DNA from: an uncultured Chloroflexia bacterium
GTDB lineage: Bacteria; Chloroflexota; Limnocylindria; Limnocylindrales; CSP1-4
NCBI GenBank assembly: GCA_963696045.1
Contig: CAVOIR010000009.1
Coordinates: 15,427 to 79,426 of the forward strand
Length of the DNA: 64,000 nt
Reading direction: 5' to 3'
In this document: one piece after another, positions 52,759 to 59,823 of the stretch
How positions within the stretch are numbered: the first letter of the stretch is position 1
How the letters are laid out: each line of letters starts with the position of its first letter
Translations under genes and position numbers: made by a program
The notes under the pieces: model-generated
Database searches by the model: none
What the model was told of the DNA's origin: nothing
Seen by the model: only the letters and a program-made list of their open reading frames with translations

Positions 52759-53626
52759 CGCGCCCGGGCCTCCGCAAGCCTGTCCTGCGCCGTGTGCAGG
52801 GCGCGGGCGCCCAGGACGCGGAGCATCGCGAGGCGGTACTCGGGACTCGCGCGCATCGAACGGGGCGAAGGCGATGCGGCCGCGAAGAGACGCTCGAAGG
52901 CTGCCGCGCGGTCGGCTTCGGCCGTCGCCGGATCGGCCAGGAGGCCGTCACCTTCCGTGACGAGCACCGGTCGCGGGCCGACGCTGCCGTAGGCGAGCCG
53001 CGTCACGCCCGCATCGTCGACCGCGCAGCAGAGGGTCACGGACGCGAGGTCGTGGCCGCGCCGCCTGGTGCGCCGTACATGCGTCGAACCCGCCGCGCGG
53101 GTCGGCCGCGGCAGCTCGATGGCGGTCACGAGCTCGCCGTGCCCGAGCGTCGTCTGGCCCGAGCGGACGAAGAAGTCGTCGAGCGCGACGCGGCGCTCGC
53201 CCCCCGGCCCGGCGATGACGAGGACCGCGCCGTAGACGAGGAGCGGAGGCGCCGTGTCGGCAGCGGGTGAGGCGTTGCAGACGTTGCCGGCGAGCGTGGC
53301 GCGGTTGCGGATCTGGACGGAGCCCACGACCTCCGCCGCTTCCACGAGGGCCGGGAAGTGCCGCCGCATCCGCTCGTCGGCGACGATGTCGGTCATCACC
53401 GTCCCGGCGCTGATCGAGAAGAGCCCATCGCGCTCGACGATGCGGGGCTGGAGCTCGGCGATGCGCTTGACGTCGACGACGAGCGACGGCCGCAGGCTCC
53501 CGTCGCGGAGCCGGATGATGAGGTCGGTGCCGCCAGCCAGGAGGCGCACCTCACCTCCGGACGGGATCCGAGGATCGAGATCGCCTCGGCGACCGTCGAC
53601 GGCCGCTGGTAGGCGAACCGCTGCAT
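52755..53626 (-). CDS. FAD-binding medium subunit of the Mo-hydroxylase (one frame change near 53555)
   Basis: ATG 53626 (tail of ORF 53396..54358): MQRFAYQRPSTVAEAISILGSRPE. ORF 52755..53549: RLLAGGTDLIIRLRDGSLRPSLVVDVKRIAEL...VQIRNRATLAGNVCNASPAADTAPPLLVYGAVLVIAGPGGERRVALDDFF... Confidence 0.9.
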
Positions 53627-53645
53627 CGTCCCGCCTCCCTGCCGC

Positions 53646-54534
53646 CTAGAGGACCTTCTCGACCTCGTCGAGGAGGATCTGCGGGTTCGCCGCTCGGATG
53701 AAGAAGAAGGGCCGCTCGCAGAAGTCGGCCACGAACCCGGCCCGGCGCCGCCGCAGTGCGTCCGAGTCGACCAGGGGCATGACCTGCCCGGTGCCAGGAG
53801 CTCGTTGGTGAGGAAGTAGTTCTGCAGGGAGTGGAGGAACTGGAACTGCGCCTCGAACGGGATGAGCCGGCTCGACGCGGGGTCGAAGTTGCCGTCGATG
53901 GCCGGCACGATGACGAGGTCGATGGGCGGCTGGCCCTCGTAGCGCCCCCAGGTCGGCATCTCGCCCCAGAACTTCTCGACGCCCTTGTTGGGGGCGGCCT
54001 TGTCGGAGCGCTCGGTGCCCTCGGTGCGCTTGACGAGGAACGTCGCCTCCGATCCCATCACGGCGCGTCCCGACTCGTCGATGACGGTCGTCTCCGAGGC
54101 CACCTGGAGGGCACCCCGTCGCCCTGCTTCGATGAGGCCCATGCTCTTGCCGTGGTTGGACTCGCCGCCGAGGAACAGGAACGTGCGCCCGCCGGTAGTG
54201 GACGGCGGCACTGTGCGAGGGATGGAGGCCCACGGCCTCCATGCGCAGCGCCAGGACGGCCACGATGACCTTCTGCAGCGGACCCGCCGGCCATGGCCCG
54301 GTGAAGGTGACGACGCGCCCGTCATAGCGGACGTCCTTCTCGCCCGTCCTGGTCCCACACGATGTCCGGCTCGGCCAGCGTCACCTCGGGCGAGATGCGC
54401 ACATCGGCCAGGCGGTAGTCGAGGAACGACAGGTCATCGAGGACGTGGTCTCGCGGCGCGCCCCCGTGGACATCGACGCGCAGGCGGGCGGCTCCGGCGG
54501 TGAACTCCTCGATGAGCTGTGGTCGGCGGTCCAT
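53646..54534 (-). CDS. Hypothetical P-loop protein with an HPr-kinase/phosphorylase-like (HprK C-terminal domain type) core, about 296 aa (three frame changes)
   Basis: ORF 54322..54534: MDRRPQLIEEFTAGAARLRVDVHGGAPRDHVLDDLSFLDYRLADVRISPEVTLAEPDIVWDQDG. Hand-read: EKDVRYDGRVVTFTGPWPAGPLQKVIVAVLALRMEAVGLHPSHSAAVHY. ORF 53396..54358: GRTFLFLGGESNHGKSMGLIEAGRRGALQVASETTVIDESGRAVMGSEATFLVK... ORF 53646..54263 tail: ...VMPLVDSDALRRRRAGFVADFCERPFFFIRAANPQILLDEVEKVL*. The pattern L-H-x-S-A-V...G-x-x-x-x-GKS...RG-x-x-x-x-S/D-x-x-x-V-x-D matches HprK-like kinases by eye. Confidence 0.45.
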
Positions 54535-54548
54535 GGTCTCCTTCAGGG

Positions 54549-55268
54549 TCAGGGTGGCGACGACAGGCGGGCGACAGGCGGACGGGGCGCGGGCGTCGGC
54601 TCGTCCGCACCGGGGTCCACCCAGACCCGGGCGAGCGAGCCTGCCGCCTGCTGGAAATGATGCTCGATGGCCACCCGCACGGCCTCGGGGTCGCCCTTGC
54701 GCAGGGCCTTCACGAGCGGTGCGTGGCGGTCGGCGATCTCGCGGCGGTCCACGCCCGCCGAGGCGATGGTGATGTAGGTGCGCAGGAACGGCTCCAGCGT
54801 CCGCCAGACCCGTTCGAGGGTGGCGTTGCCGGAGAGATGCATGACGTGGCCGTGGAAGTCCGCGTCGGCCTTGGCTTCGGCATAGGGGTCGCCAGCCTCG
54901 GCGGCCTTGCGCATCTGTCCGACATAGCCATCCAGCGTCTCGAGGTCGTCCCGGGTGATGGCTGCCAGGGCGAGGCAGGCGGCCTCGGTCTCGAGGATGG
55001 CGCGCACCTCGAAGGCCTCGAGGAGCTCCCCGACGCTGGGATGGCGGACCCTGGCACCCCGAAAGGCCGTGACCTCGATGACCCCCAGGGCCTCGAGGTC
55101 ACGCAACGCCTCTCGAACGGGCGCCTGGCTGGTGCCGAGCTCGCGCGCCACCCGCGTCTCGACGATGCGCGCGCCGGGCGGGTAGCGGCCGTCGAGGATG
55201 GCCTGGAGGAGCCGACCCTTGACCTGGTCGCTGAGGACGCTCCGGGTGATGGCGGCCTCGTGCGCCAC
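54549..55268 (-). CDS. GntR-family transcriptional regulator, FadR/FCD subfamily (uninterrupted)
   Basis: Within ORF 54549..55355 from GTG 55268: VAHEAAITRSVLSDQVKGRLLQAILDGRYPPGARIVETRVARELGTSQAPVREALRDLEALGVIEVTAFRGARV (wHTH), then an all-helical FCD-like domain ...EVRAILETEAACLAL...DADFHGHVMHLSGNATLERVW...HAPLVKALRKGDPEAV. Confidence 0.9.
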   Translation of the reverse strand: MAHEAAITRSVLSDQVKGRLLQAILDGRYPPGARIVETRVARELGTSQAPVREALRDLEALGVIEVTAFRGARVRHPSVGELLEAFEVRAILETEAACLALAAITRDDLETLDGYVGQMRKAAEAGDPYAEAKADADFHGHVMHLSGNATLERVWRTLEPFLRTYITIASAGVDRREIADRHAPLVKALRKGDPEAVRVAIEHHFQQAAGSLARVWVDPGADEPTPAPRPPVARLSSPP

Positions 55269-55284
55269 GGGTGGCCGGCGCTCC

Positions 55285-57057
55285 CTAGGCCCCGACGCCG
55301 GCGGGAGCCGCGGCAGCGACGCCCGACAGGATCTCGACCACGCCGGCATCGCCATCCACGCGGATGCGGTCGCCGGTCGTGATCCGGTACGTGCCGACGG
55401 AGGTGCCCACGACCGCCGGGATGCCGTACTCGCGGGCGAGGACGGCCGGGTGGGCGACGAGGTCGCCCGCGTTGGTCACGACCGCGATGATCTTCCCGTA
55501 CAGGACCTGCCACGCCGGGTTGGTCATCTCGCACACGAGGATCTCGCCCGTCTGGAGGCTGTCGAACTCGTCGGTGGACATGACCACGCGAGCGACGCCC
55601 TCGACGACGCCCGGCGAGCCGCCGATGCCAGTGATCGTCTCGCTGTCCATCTCCCGCGGGCGATGGAACTTGTCCGGGAAGCCCCACAGGCTGAGGTACG
55701 GGAAGGCGAGCTGGGTCTCGGTGACGGTGCCCACCCAGTCCCGGGGCCGGATCGTCTCGGCCGCGGCGCGCTTGGCTCGGGCCGCCGCCACGATGGCGCG
55801 ACCGCTCTCCGGATCGGGCGCGCCGATGAACTCTCTCAGCGCGTTGTAGCGGAAGTAGACCGTGTCGTCGGGCTGGTCGAGCATGCCCATCTCGACGAGC
55901 TTCTCGCCGAGGGCGATGAGCACGAGTCGGACGTGGGCGTTGGCGCCCTGGTCGATGTAGAAGTGGTGGTCCGGCGTGAGCGGCGCCATCTTGAGGTTGA
56001 TGTCGTTGGCGGTGCGCATCTTCTCGAGCGCCTCGCCCTCGAGGCCCGCCAGGATCTCCTGCGACGCGGCTTCGATGTCGGCTTTCAGGGCCGCCACCTT
56101 GGACGGGTAGTCGTAGTCCGAGGCGTACTGGTCGCGGACCAGCTGGATGACCGGGTTCATGTCCTCGCGGAAGCTCGGGTACACGAACTCGTGGCTCCAC
56201 ACGGCGTGCCAGCCGAACTCCTTCTGGTACGGGACCACCCGCTCGTCGATGAAACGGCGACCGCGGTCGCTGGCCTGCAGGGCGGGGACGATCTCGACGG
56301 CGGTCGCGTGGTCGAAGGCGGCCTTGAGCGTGGCGTCGCCCTTGATCTCCTCCTTCATCTCCCAGAGCGCCCGGATCTTGTCCCAGTTCCGGTCGTCGGC
56401 GGAGTTCTGGAGCCGGCCCAGGAGGACGTCGTCGACCTTGCCGTGCGTCTCCTGCATGACCGCCTTGAGGTTGAGCGTCGCGCTGAGCTGCGCGAAGTTC
56501 AGCATCCAGTGGATCTTCCAGTGGCGGTCGTGCATGTCGATGGCGTCCTCGAGCAGGACCGCCACGTCGGCCAGGCTCAGCTCGGCCTTGCGGTCGAGCA
56601 TGGCCTCGATGTAGTCGAAGTTGCGCTGCATCTCGGGGACGAAGCGCGTCCGCCACCAATGGGTGAAGTTGTTGCCGTAGACCGGCAGCACCGCGCCGAG
56701 GTAGGCGCCGATCTTGCCCGCGTAGTCGTCGTCCTCGGGGACGATCGGGTTGGTCCGGAAGTTGTACTCCTGCGTGTCGACGATCAGGCCCTTCTCCGCC
56801 GGGACCGCCGCCGTGTACAGATAGCCGTTGACGTTCTTGTAGATCCAGTCCGACGCGAAGGGCGTTCCGAAGCGGCGGAACATGTGATCGCACGACAGCC
56901 ACCAGCCGCCGATGTCCTCGTACATCGGGCTGAGCGGCTTGGGGCAGTGGAGGTCGTCGAAGACCCAGAACAGGAGCTTCTCGGTCTCGGACGTCCATTC
57001 GATGGGGAATGTCTCGTCCCCCAGGAACTGCCCGAGGACCTCTTCCTTGAGCGGCAT
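55285..57057 (-). CDS. PEP-utilising-enzyme mobile (swivel phospho-His) domain protein with a ~470-aa N-terminal domain of unknown function (PpsA-like; uninterrupted 590 aa)
   Basis: ORF 55285..57057: MPLKEEVLGQFLGDETFPIEWTSETEKLLFWVFDDLHCPKPLSPMYEDIGGWWLSCDHMFRRFG... It has no GGKGANL-type ATP-grasp start. C-terminus: ITGIGGSPGVVEGVARVVMSTDEFDSLQTGEILVCEMTNPAWQVLYGKIIAVVTNAGDLVAHPAVLAREYGIPAVVGTSVGTYRITTGDRIRVDGDAGVVEIL (swivel domain with conserved His). SD GAGGAGG upstream. Confidence 0.8.
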   Translation of the reverse strand: MPLKEEVLGQFLGDETFPIEWTSETEKLLFWVFDDLHCPKPLSPMYEDIGGWWLSCDHMFRRFGTPFASDWIYKNVNGYLYTAAVPAEKGLIVDTQEYNFRTNPIVPEDDDYAGKIGAYLGAVLPVYGNNFTHWWRTRFVPEMQRNFDYIEAMLDRKAELSLADVAVLLEDAIDMHDRHWKIHWMLNFAQLSATLNLKAVMQETHGKVDDVLLGRLQNSADDRNWDKIRALWEMKEEIKGDATLKAAFDHATAVEIVPALQASDRGRRFIDERVVPYQKEFGWHAVWSHEFVYPSFREDMNPVIQLVRDQYASDYDYPSKVAALKADIEAASQEILAGLEGEALEKMRTANDINLKMAPLTPDHHFYIDQGANAHVRLVLIALGEKLVEMGMLDQPDDTVYFRYNALREFIGAPDPESGRAIVAAARAKRAAAETIRPRDWVGTVTETQLAFPYLSLWGFPDKFHRPREMDSETITGIGGSPGVVEGVARVVMSTDEFDSLQTGEILVCEMTNPAWQVLYGKIIAVVTNAGDLVAHPAVLAREYGIPAVVGTSVGTYRITTGDRIRVDGDAGVVEILSGVAAAAPAGVGA

Positions 57058-57072
57058 CGGTCGATCCCCTCC

Positions 57073-57083
57073 TCGATAATCGA
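57073..57083. promoter_or_regulatory. Palindrome TCGATAATCGA, copy 2 (abuts the SD of the PpsA-like gene)
   Basis: On the minus strand: ...ctaATCGATTATCGAGGAGGggatcgaccATG. The palindrome ends 15 nt from the ATG and overlaps the SD. Confidence 0.55.
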
Positions 57084-57099
57084 TTAGCGATGACGATAC

Positions 57100-57120
57100 G
57101 CCGCCCGTGCGTCGGGCGGC
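57100..57120. other. GC hairpin in the divergent control region
   Basis: GCCGCCCG-tgcgt-CGGGCGGC, an 8-bp perfect stem about 45 nt upstream of the PpsA-like ATG. No U-tract. Function unknown. Confidence 0.5.
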
Positions 57121-57418
57121 TCAACCGAACCGTGCCGAGGCGAGCGGTGCTCGGGATCACGCCCAGGCGCGTGTGTCGCGGGACGGCACGATGGACCACC
57201 GAGCACCCCGTCCAGGCCCTGCCGCTTCCGCCTTGGCACTTCCTGGTGGCCGATCGCGCCGCCGGGCGGCACCATCGGCGATCCCGGGGCGTGGTGAAGC
57301 CGCCGACTGCGGGTGCTGGGAGCGCCGACGGTCCACTGTGCCGTCCCTGGAAGTGGATCGAGAGGGCTGCCCGGACGTGACCCGGCGTGGTGCCGGGTGG
57401 CCCCCTGCTGCGGGCCGC

Positions 57419-57449
57419 TTGACAATGGCGACCTCGAGAAGCGTATCCT
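57419..57449 (+). promoter_or_regulatory. Promoter candidate TTGACA-19 nt-TATCCT for the cupin/transketolase/ABC operon
   Basis: cTTGACAatggcgacctcgagaagcgTATCCTcgataatcga. The -35 is perfect but the spacer is long (19 nt). The -10 last base is the first base of palindrome copy 3. Confidence 0.35.
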
Positions 57450-57459
57450 CGATAATCGA
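57449..57459. promoter_or_regulatory. Palindrome TCGATAATCGA, copy 3 (candidate operator at the cupin operon promoter)
   Basis: Context is gcGTATCCTCGATAATCGATtgtgg. It shares the 18-mer GTATSCTCGATAATCGAT with copy 1. Lies about 50 nt upstream of GTG 57511. Confidence 0.55.
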
Positions 57460-57510
57460 TTGTGGGCCCGACGGCGCGGGGTATGGAGGGAGGCGCCAGG
57501 AGGATACGAG

Positions 57511-57889
57511 GTGCTCGGATGTTCAAGCGGGTCGCCCGGGACGAAGCGAGTCCTCCTGCCCCTGCCCGGTCGTGACTGGCGCACCTACATCGGCCCGCAC
57601 AACACGCCGACCGAGCGCGTCTCGATGGGGGTCTCGGTGTTCCCCGCCGGCTCGCGCCCCGAGGGGCACGTCCACGAGACGCAGGAGGAGACCATCTACT
57701 GCGCTCGCCGGGCGCGGACGCATCGTGACGCCCGAGGGCAGCGCCGAGATCGAGGCCGGGGTCACGGTCTGGGTCGGCGTGGGCACCCCGCATGCCACCG
57801 AGTCGGACGGCCCGGAGCCACTCGAGCTGGTGTGCTTCTTCTCGCCTCCCGTCGTGCCCGGCTCGTACGAGAAGGGCCCACGACCATGA
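57511..57889 (+). CDS. Cupin-domain protein (one frame change near 57705)
   Basis: SD AGGAGGA, GTG 57511 (in ORF 57313..58773): VLGCSSGSPGTKRVLLPLPGRDWRTYIGPHNTPTERVSMGVSVFPAGSRPEGHVHETQEETIYC (G-x5-H-x-H-x3-E motif). Tail of ORF 57107..57889: LAGRGRIVTPEGSAEIEAGVTVWVGVGTPHATESDGPEPLELVCFFSPP. ATGA overlap with the next gene. Confidence 0.7.
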
Positions 57890-58773
57890 CGACGGCAGCC
57901 GCGGCAGGGGGCGCGACGGCCGAGGAGATCGTCCGGCTCGAGGACATGGCGCGGCGCATCCGCGTGGCCGTCGTCCGCACGGTCATGCGCGTCCGGGTCG
58001 GCCATGTGGGTGGTCCCCTCTCGGCGGCCGACATCCTGGCCGCCCTCTACGGTCGCATCCTGCGCATCCGCCCGGACGAGCCCGACTGGCCGGACCGCGA
58101 CCGCTTCATCCTCTCCAAGGGTCACTCATCGCTCGGCCAGTACGCCGCCATGGCGCTGGCCGGCTACTTCCCCGTGGCCGAGCTCGACACGTTCGACCAG
58201 AAGGGCTCGCGCCTGCAGGGCCATCCGGACATGAACAAGCTGCCCGGCATCGACATCTCGACAGGGTCGCTGGGCATGGGTCTCTCGGCCGGCCTGGGCT
58301 TCGCTCTCGGCGCCCGGCACCTGGGCCTCGACGTGCTCACGTACGTCCTCCTCGGCGACGGCGAGTGCCAGGAGGGCCAGGTCTGGGAGGCTGCCCACGT
58401 GGCGCCCCGCCACGGCGCCGACAACCTCATCGCCATCGTCGACCACAACAAGCTGCAGCAGTTCGGGTGGCGCGGCGAGGATGCCCACCATCGCCTGCCT
58501 CCGGAGGACCCAGGGGCGCTGGCCGCCCGCTTCGCGGCCTTCGGGTGGCGCGTGCTGGAGGTCGACGGCCACGACATGGCCGCCCTCCTCGAGACGCTCG
58601 AGGCGGCACGCCGGCGGGAGGGCCTCCCGGTGGCCGTCATCGCGCATACCACGAAGGGCCGCGGGGTCTCGTTCATGGAAGGTGACTTCGTCTGGCACAT
58701 GGGCGTGCCCACGGACGAGCAGTTCGCCCAGGCCATGGCCGAGCTCGGGGAGCCCACGGAGAACACGCCGTGA
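57886..58773 (+). CDS. Transketolase, N-terminal (thiamine-diphosphate-binding) subunit of a split enzyme (uninterrupted)
   Basis: In ORF 57313..58773 from ATG 57886: MTTAAAAGGATAEEIVRLEDMARRIRVAVVRTVMRVRVGHVGGPLSAADILAALYG...DRFILSKGHSSLGQYAAMALAGY...GHPDMNKLPGIDISTGSLGMGLSAGLGFALG...VLLGDGECQEGQVWEAAHVAPRHGADNLIAIVDHN (ThDP motif). Confidence 0.9.
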   Translation: MTTAAAAGGATAEEIVRLEDMARRIRVAVVRTVMRVRVGHVGGPLSAADILAALYGRILRIRPDEPDWPDRDRFILSKGHSSLGQYAAMALAGYFPVAELDTFDQKGSRLQGHPDMNKLPGIDISTGSLGMGLSAGLGFALGARHLGLDVLTYVLLGDGECQEGQVWEAAHVAPRHGADNLIAIVDHNKLQQFGWRGEDAHHRLPPEDPGALAARFAAFGWRVLEVDGHDMAALLETLEAARRREGLPVAVIAHTTKGRGVSFMEGDFVWHMGVPTDEQFAQAMAELGEPTENTP

Positions 58774-59735
58774 GCCTGCCCAAGGGCCGCGCGCTCCGCG
58801 ACGTCTTTGGTGACGTCGTGACCGAGCTCGCGGCGACTGACCGACGCATCGTCATGCTCGACGGCGACCTGGGCAGCTCGACGCGCGGCCAGGTCTTCGA
58901 GAACGCCTACCCCGAGCGCTACTTCCAGATGGGCATCGCCGAGCAGAACATGCTGGGCGTCGCGGCCGGCATGGCGAAGATGGGCTGCATCCCGTTCATC
59001 AGCACCTTCGTGGCCTTCGCGCTCCATCGGCCGCTCGACCAGATCCGCGTCCTCATCGCCCAGACCGGGGCCAACGTCAAGATCACGGCCGGCTACACGG
59101 GCCTCTTCACGGGCCGGGCCGGCAAGACGCACCAGGTCGTCGACGACATCTCCATCGCCCGCGCCATGCCGGGCCTGGTCGTCATCTCTCCTGCCGACGA
59201 GGTCGAGACGCGGGAGGTCCTGACCTGGTCGGTCGCGTACGAGGGGCCCGTCTTCATCCGGCTCGTCCGGGACGTGACCCAGACCCTCTTCGCGCCCGGG
59301 CACCGCTTCCAGTTCGGCAAGGTGAAGGTCGTCCGCGAGGGCGCCGATATCACGCTCATCAGCACCGGGACGCAGACGCCGCGCGTCGTGGATGCCGCCG
59401 AGATCCTGGCGGCCTCCGGCATCGAAGCCCACGTCGTCCACGTGCCCACACTGAAGCCCATCGACGTGGCCGGCCTCGTGGCCGCGGCTGAACGCACCGG
59501 CCGGGTGGTCACGGTCGAGGAGCACAGCGTGATCGGCGGCCTGGGGGGTGCCGTGGCCGAGACCCTCTCCGAGCATCGCCCGACGCGCGTCGACCGCATC
59601 GGCATCCAGGACCACTACACGGAGTCGGCCAGCGACGACGAGCTGCTCGACATGTACTGCCTCTCCGCCGAGCGAGTGGCCCAACGCGTGCGCCGGCTCC
59701 TCGCCAGCGAGGGGCCCACCGGCTCCTGCACGTGA
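58770..59735 (+). CDS. Transketolase, C-terminal (pyrimidine-binding) subunit (uninterrupted)
   Basis: ORF 58770..59735: MSLPKGRALRDVFGDVVTELAATDRRIVMLDGDLGSSTRGQVFENAYPERYFQMGIAEQNMLGVAAGMAKMGCIPFISTFVAFALHRPLDQIR...MPGLVVISPADEVETREVLTW...VVHVPTLKPIDVAGLVAAAERTGRVVTVEEHSVIGGLG. GTGA overlap with the N-terminal subunit gene. Confidence 0.9.
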   Translation: MSLPKGRALRDVFGDVVTELAATDRRIVMLDGDLGSSTRGQVFENAYPERYFQMGIAEQNMLGVAAGMAKMGCIPFISTFVAFALHRPLDQIRVLIAQTGANVKITAGYTGLFTGRAGKTHQVVDDISIARAMPGLVVISPADEVETREVLTWSVAYEGPVFIRLVRDVTQTLFAPGHRFQFGKVKVVREGADITLISTGTQTPRVVDAAEILAASGIEAHVVHVPTLKPIDVAGLVAAAERTGRVVTVEEHSVIGGLGGAVAETLSEHRPTRVDRIGIQDHYTESASDDELLDMYCLSAERVAQRVRRLLASEGPTGSCT

Positions 59736-59823
59736 GCCGACACTCGCGCATGAGCCTCGTCCCGACGTGATCGAGACTCCTGGTGCACACGGCCGCCAGC
59801 GTTCGGGACTCGGGTGGCCGCTG

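Noticed and set aside
49962-53626. Calling the M/S/L genes a carbon monoxide dehydrogenase (coxMSL)
   Set aside because: The large subunit shows TAFRGFGNPQ and lacks the CoxL signature loops I know (VAYRCSFR, AYRGAGR). Only the generic xanthine-dehydrogenase-family assignment is supported.
57090-57584. ORFs 57090..57380 (+) and 57084..57584 (-) in the divergent control region
   Set aside because: They are Arg/Pro-rich and have no SD or motifs. They overlap promoter and operator elements, so they are treated as non-coding.
54710-57793. 1027-aa minus-strand ORF overlapping the PpsA-like gene and the control region
   Set aside because: It is the wrong frame of the same strand (Arg/Pro/Gly-rich, no motifs). 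The 590-aa frame at 55285..57057 has clear domain signatures and an SD.
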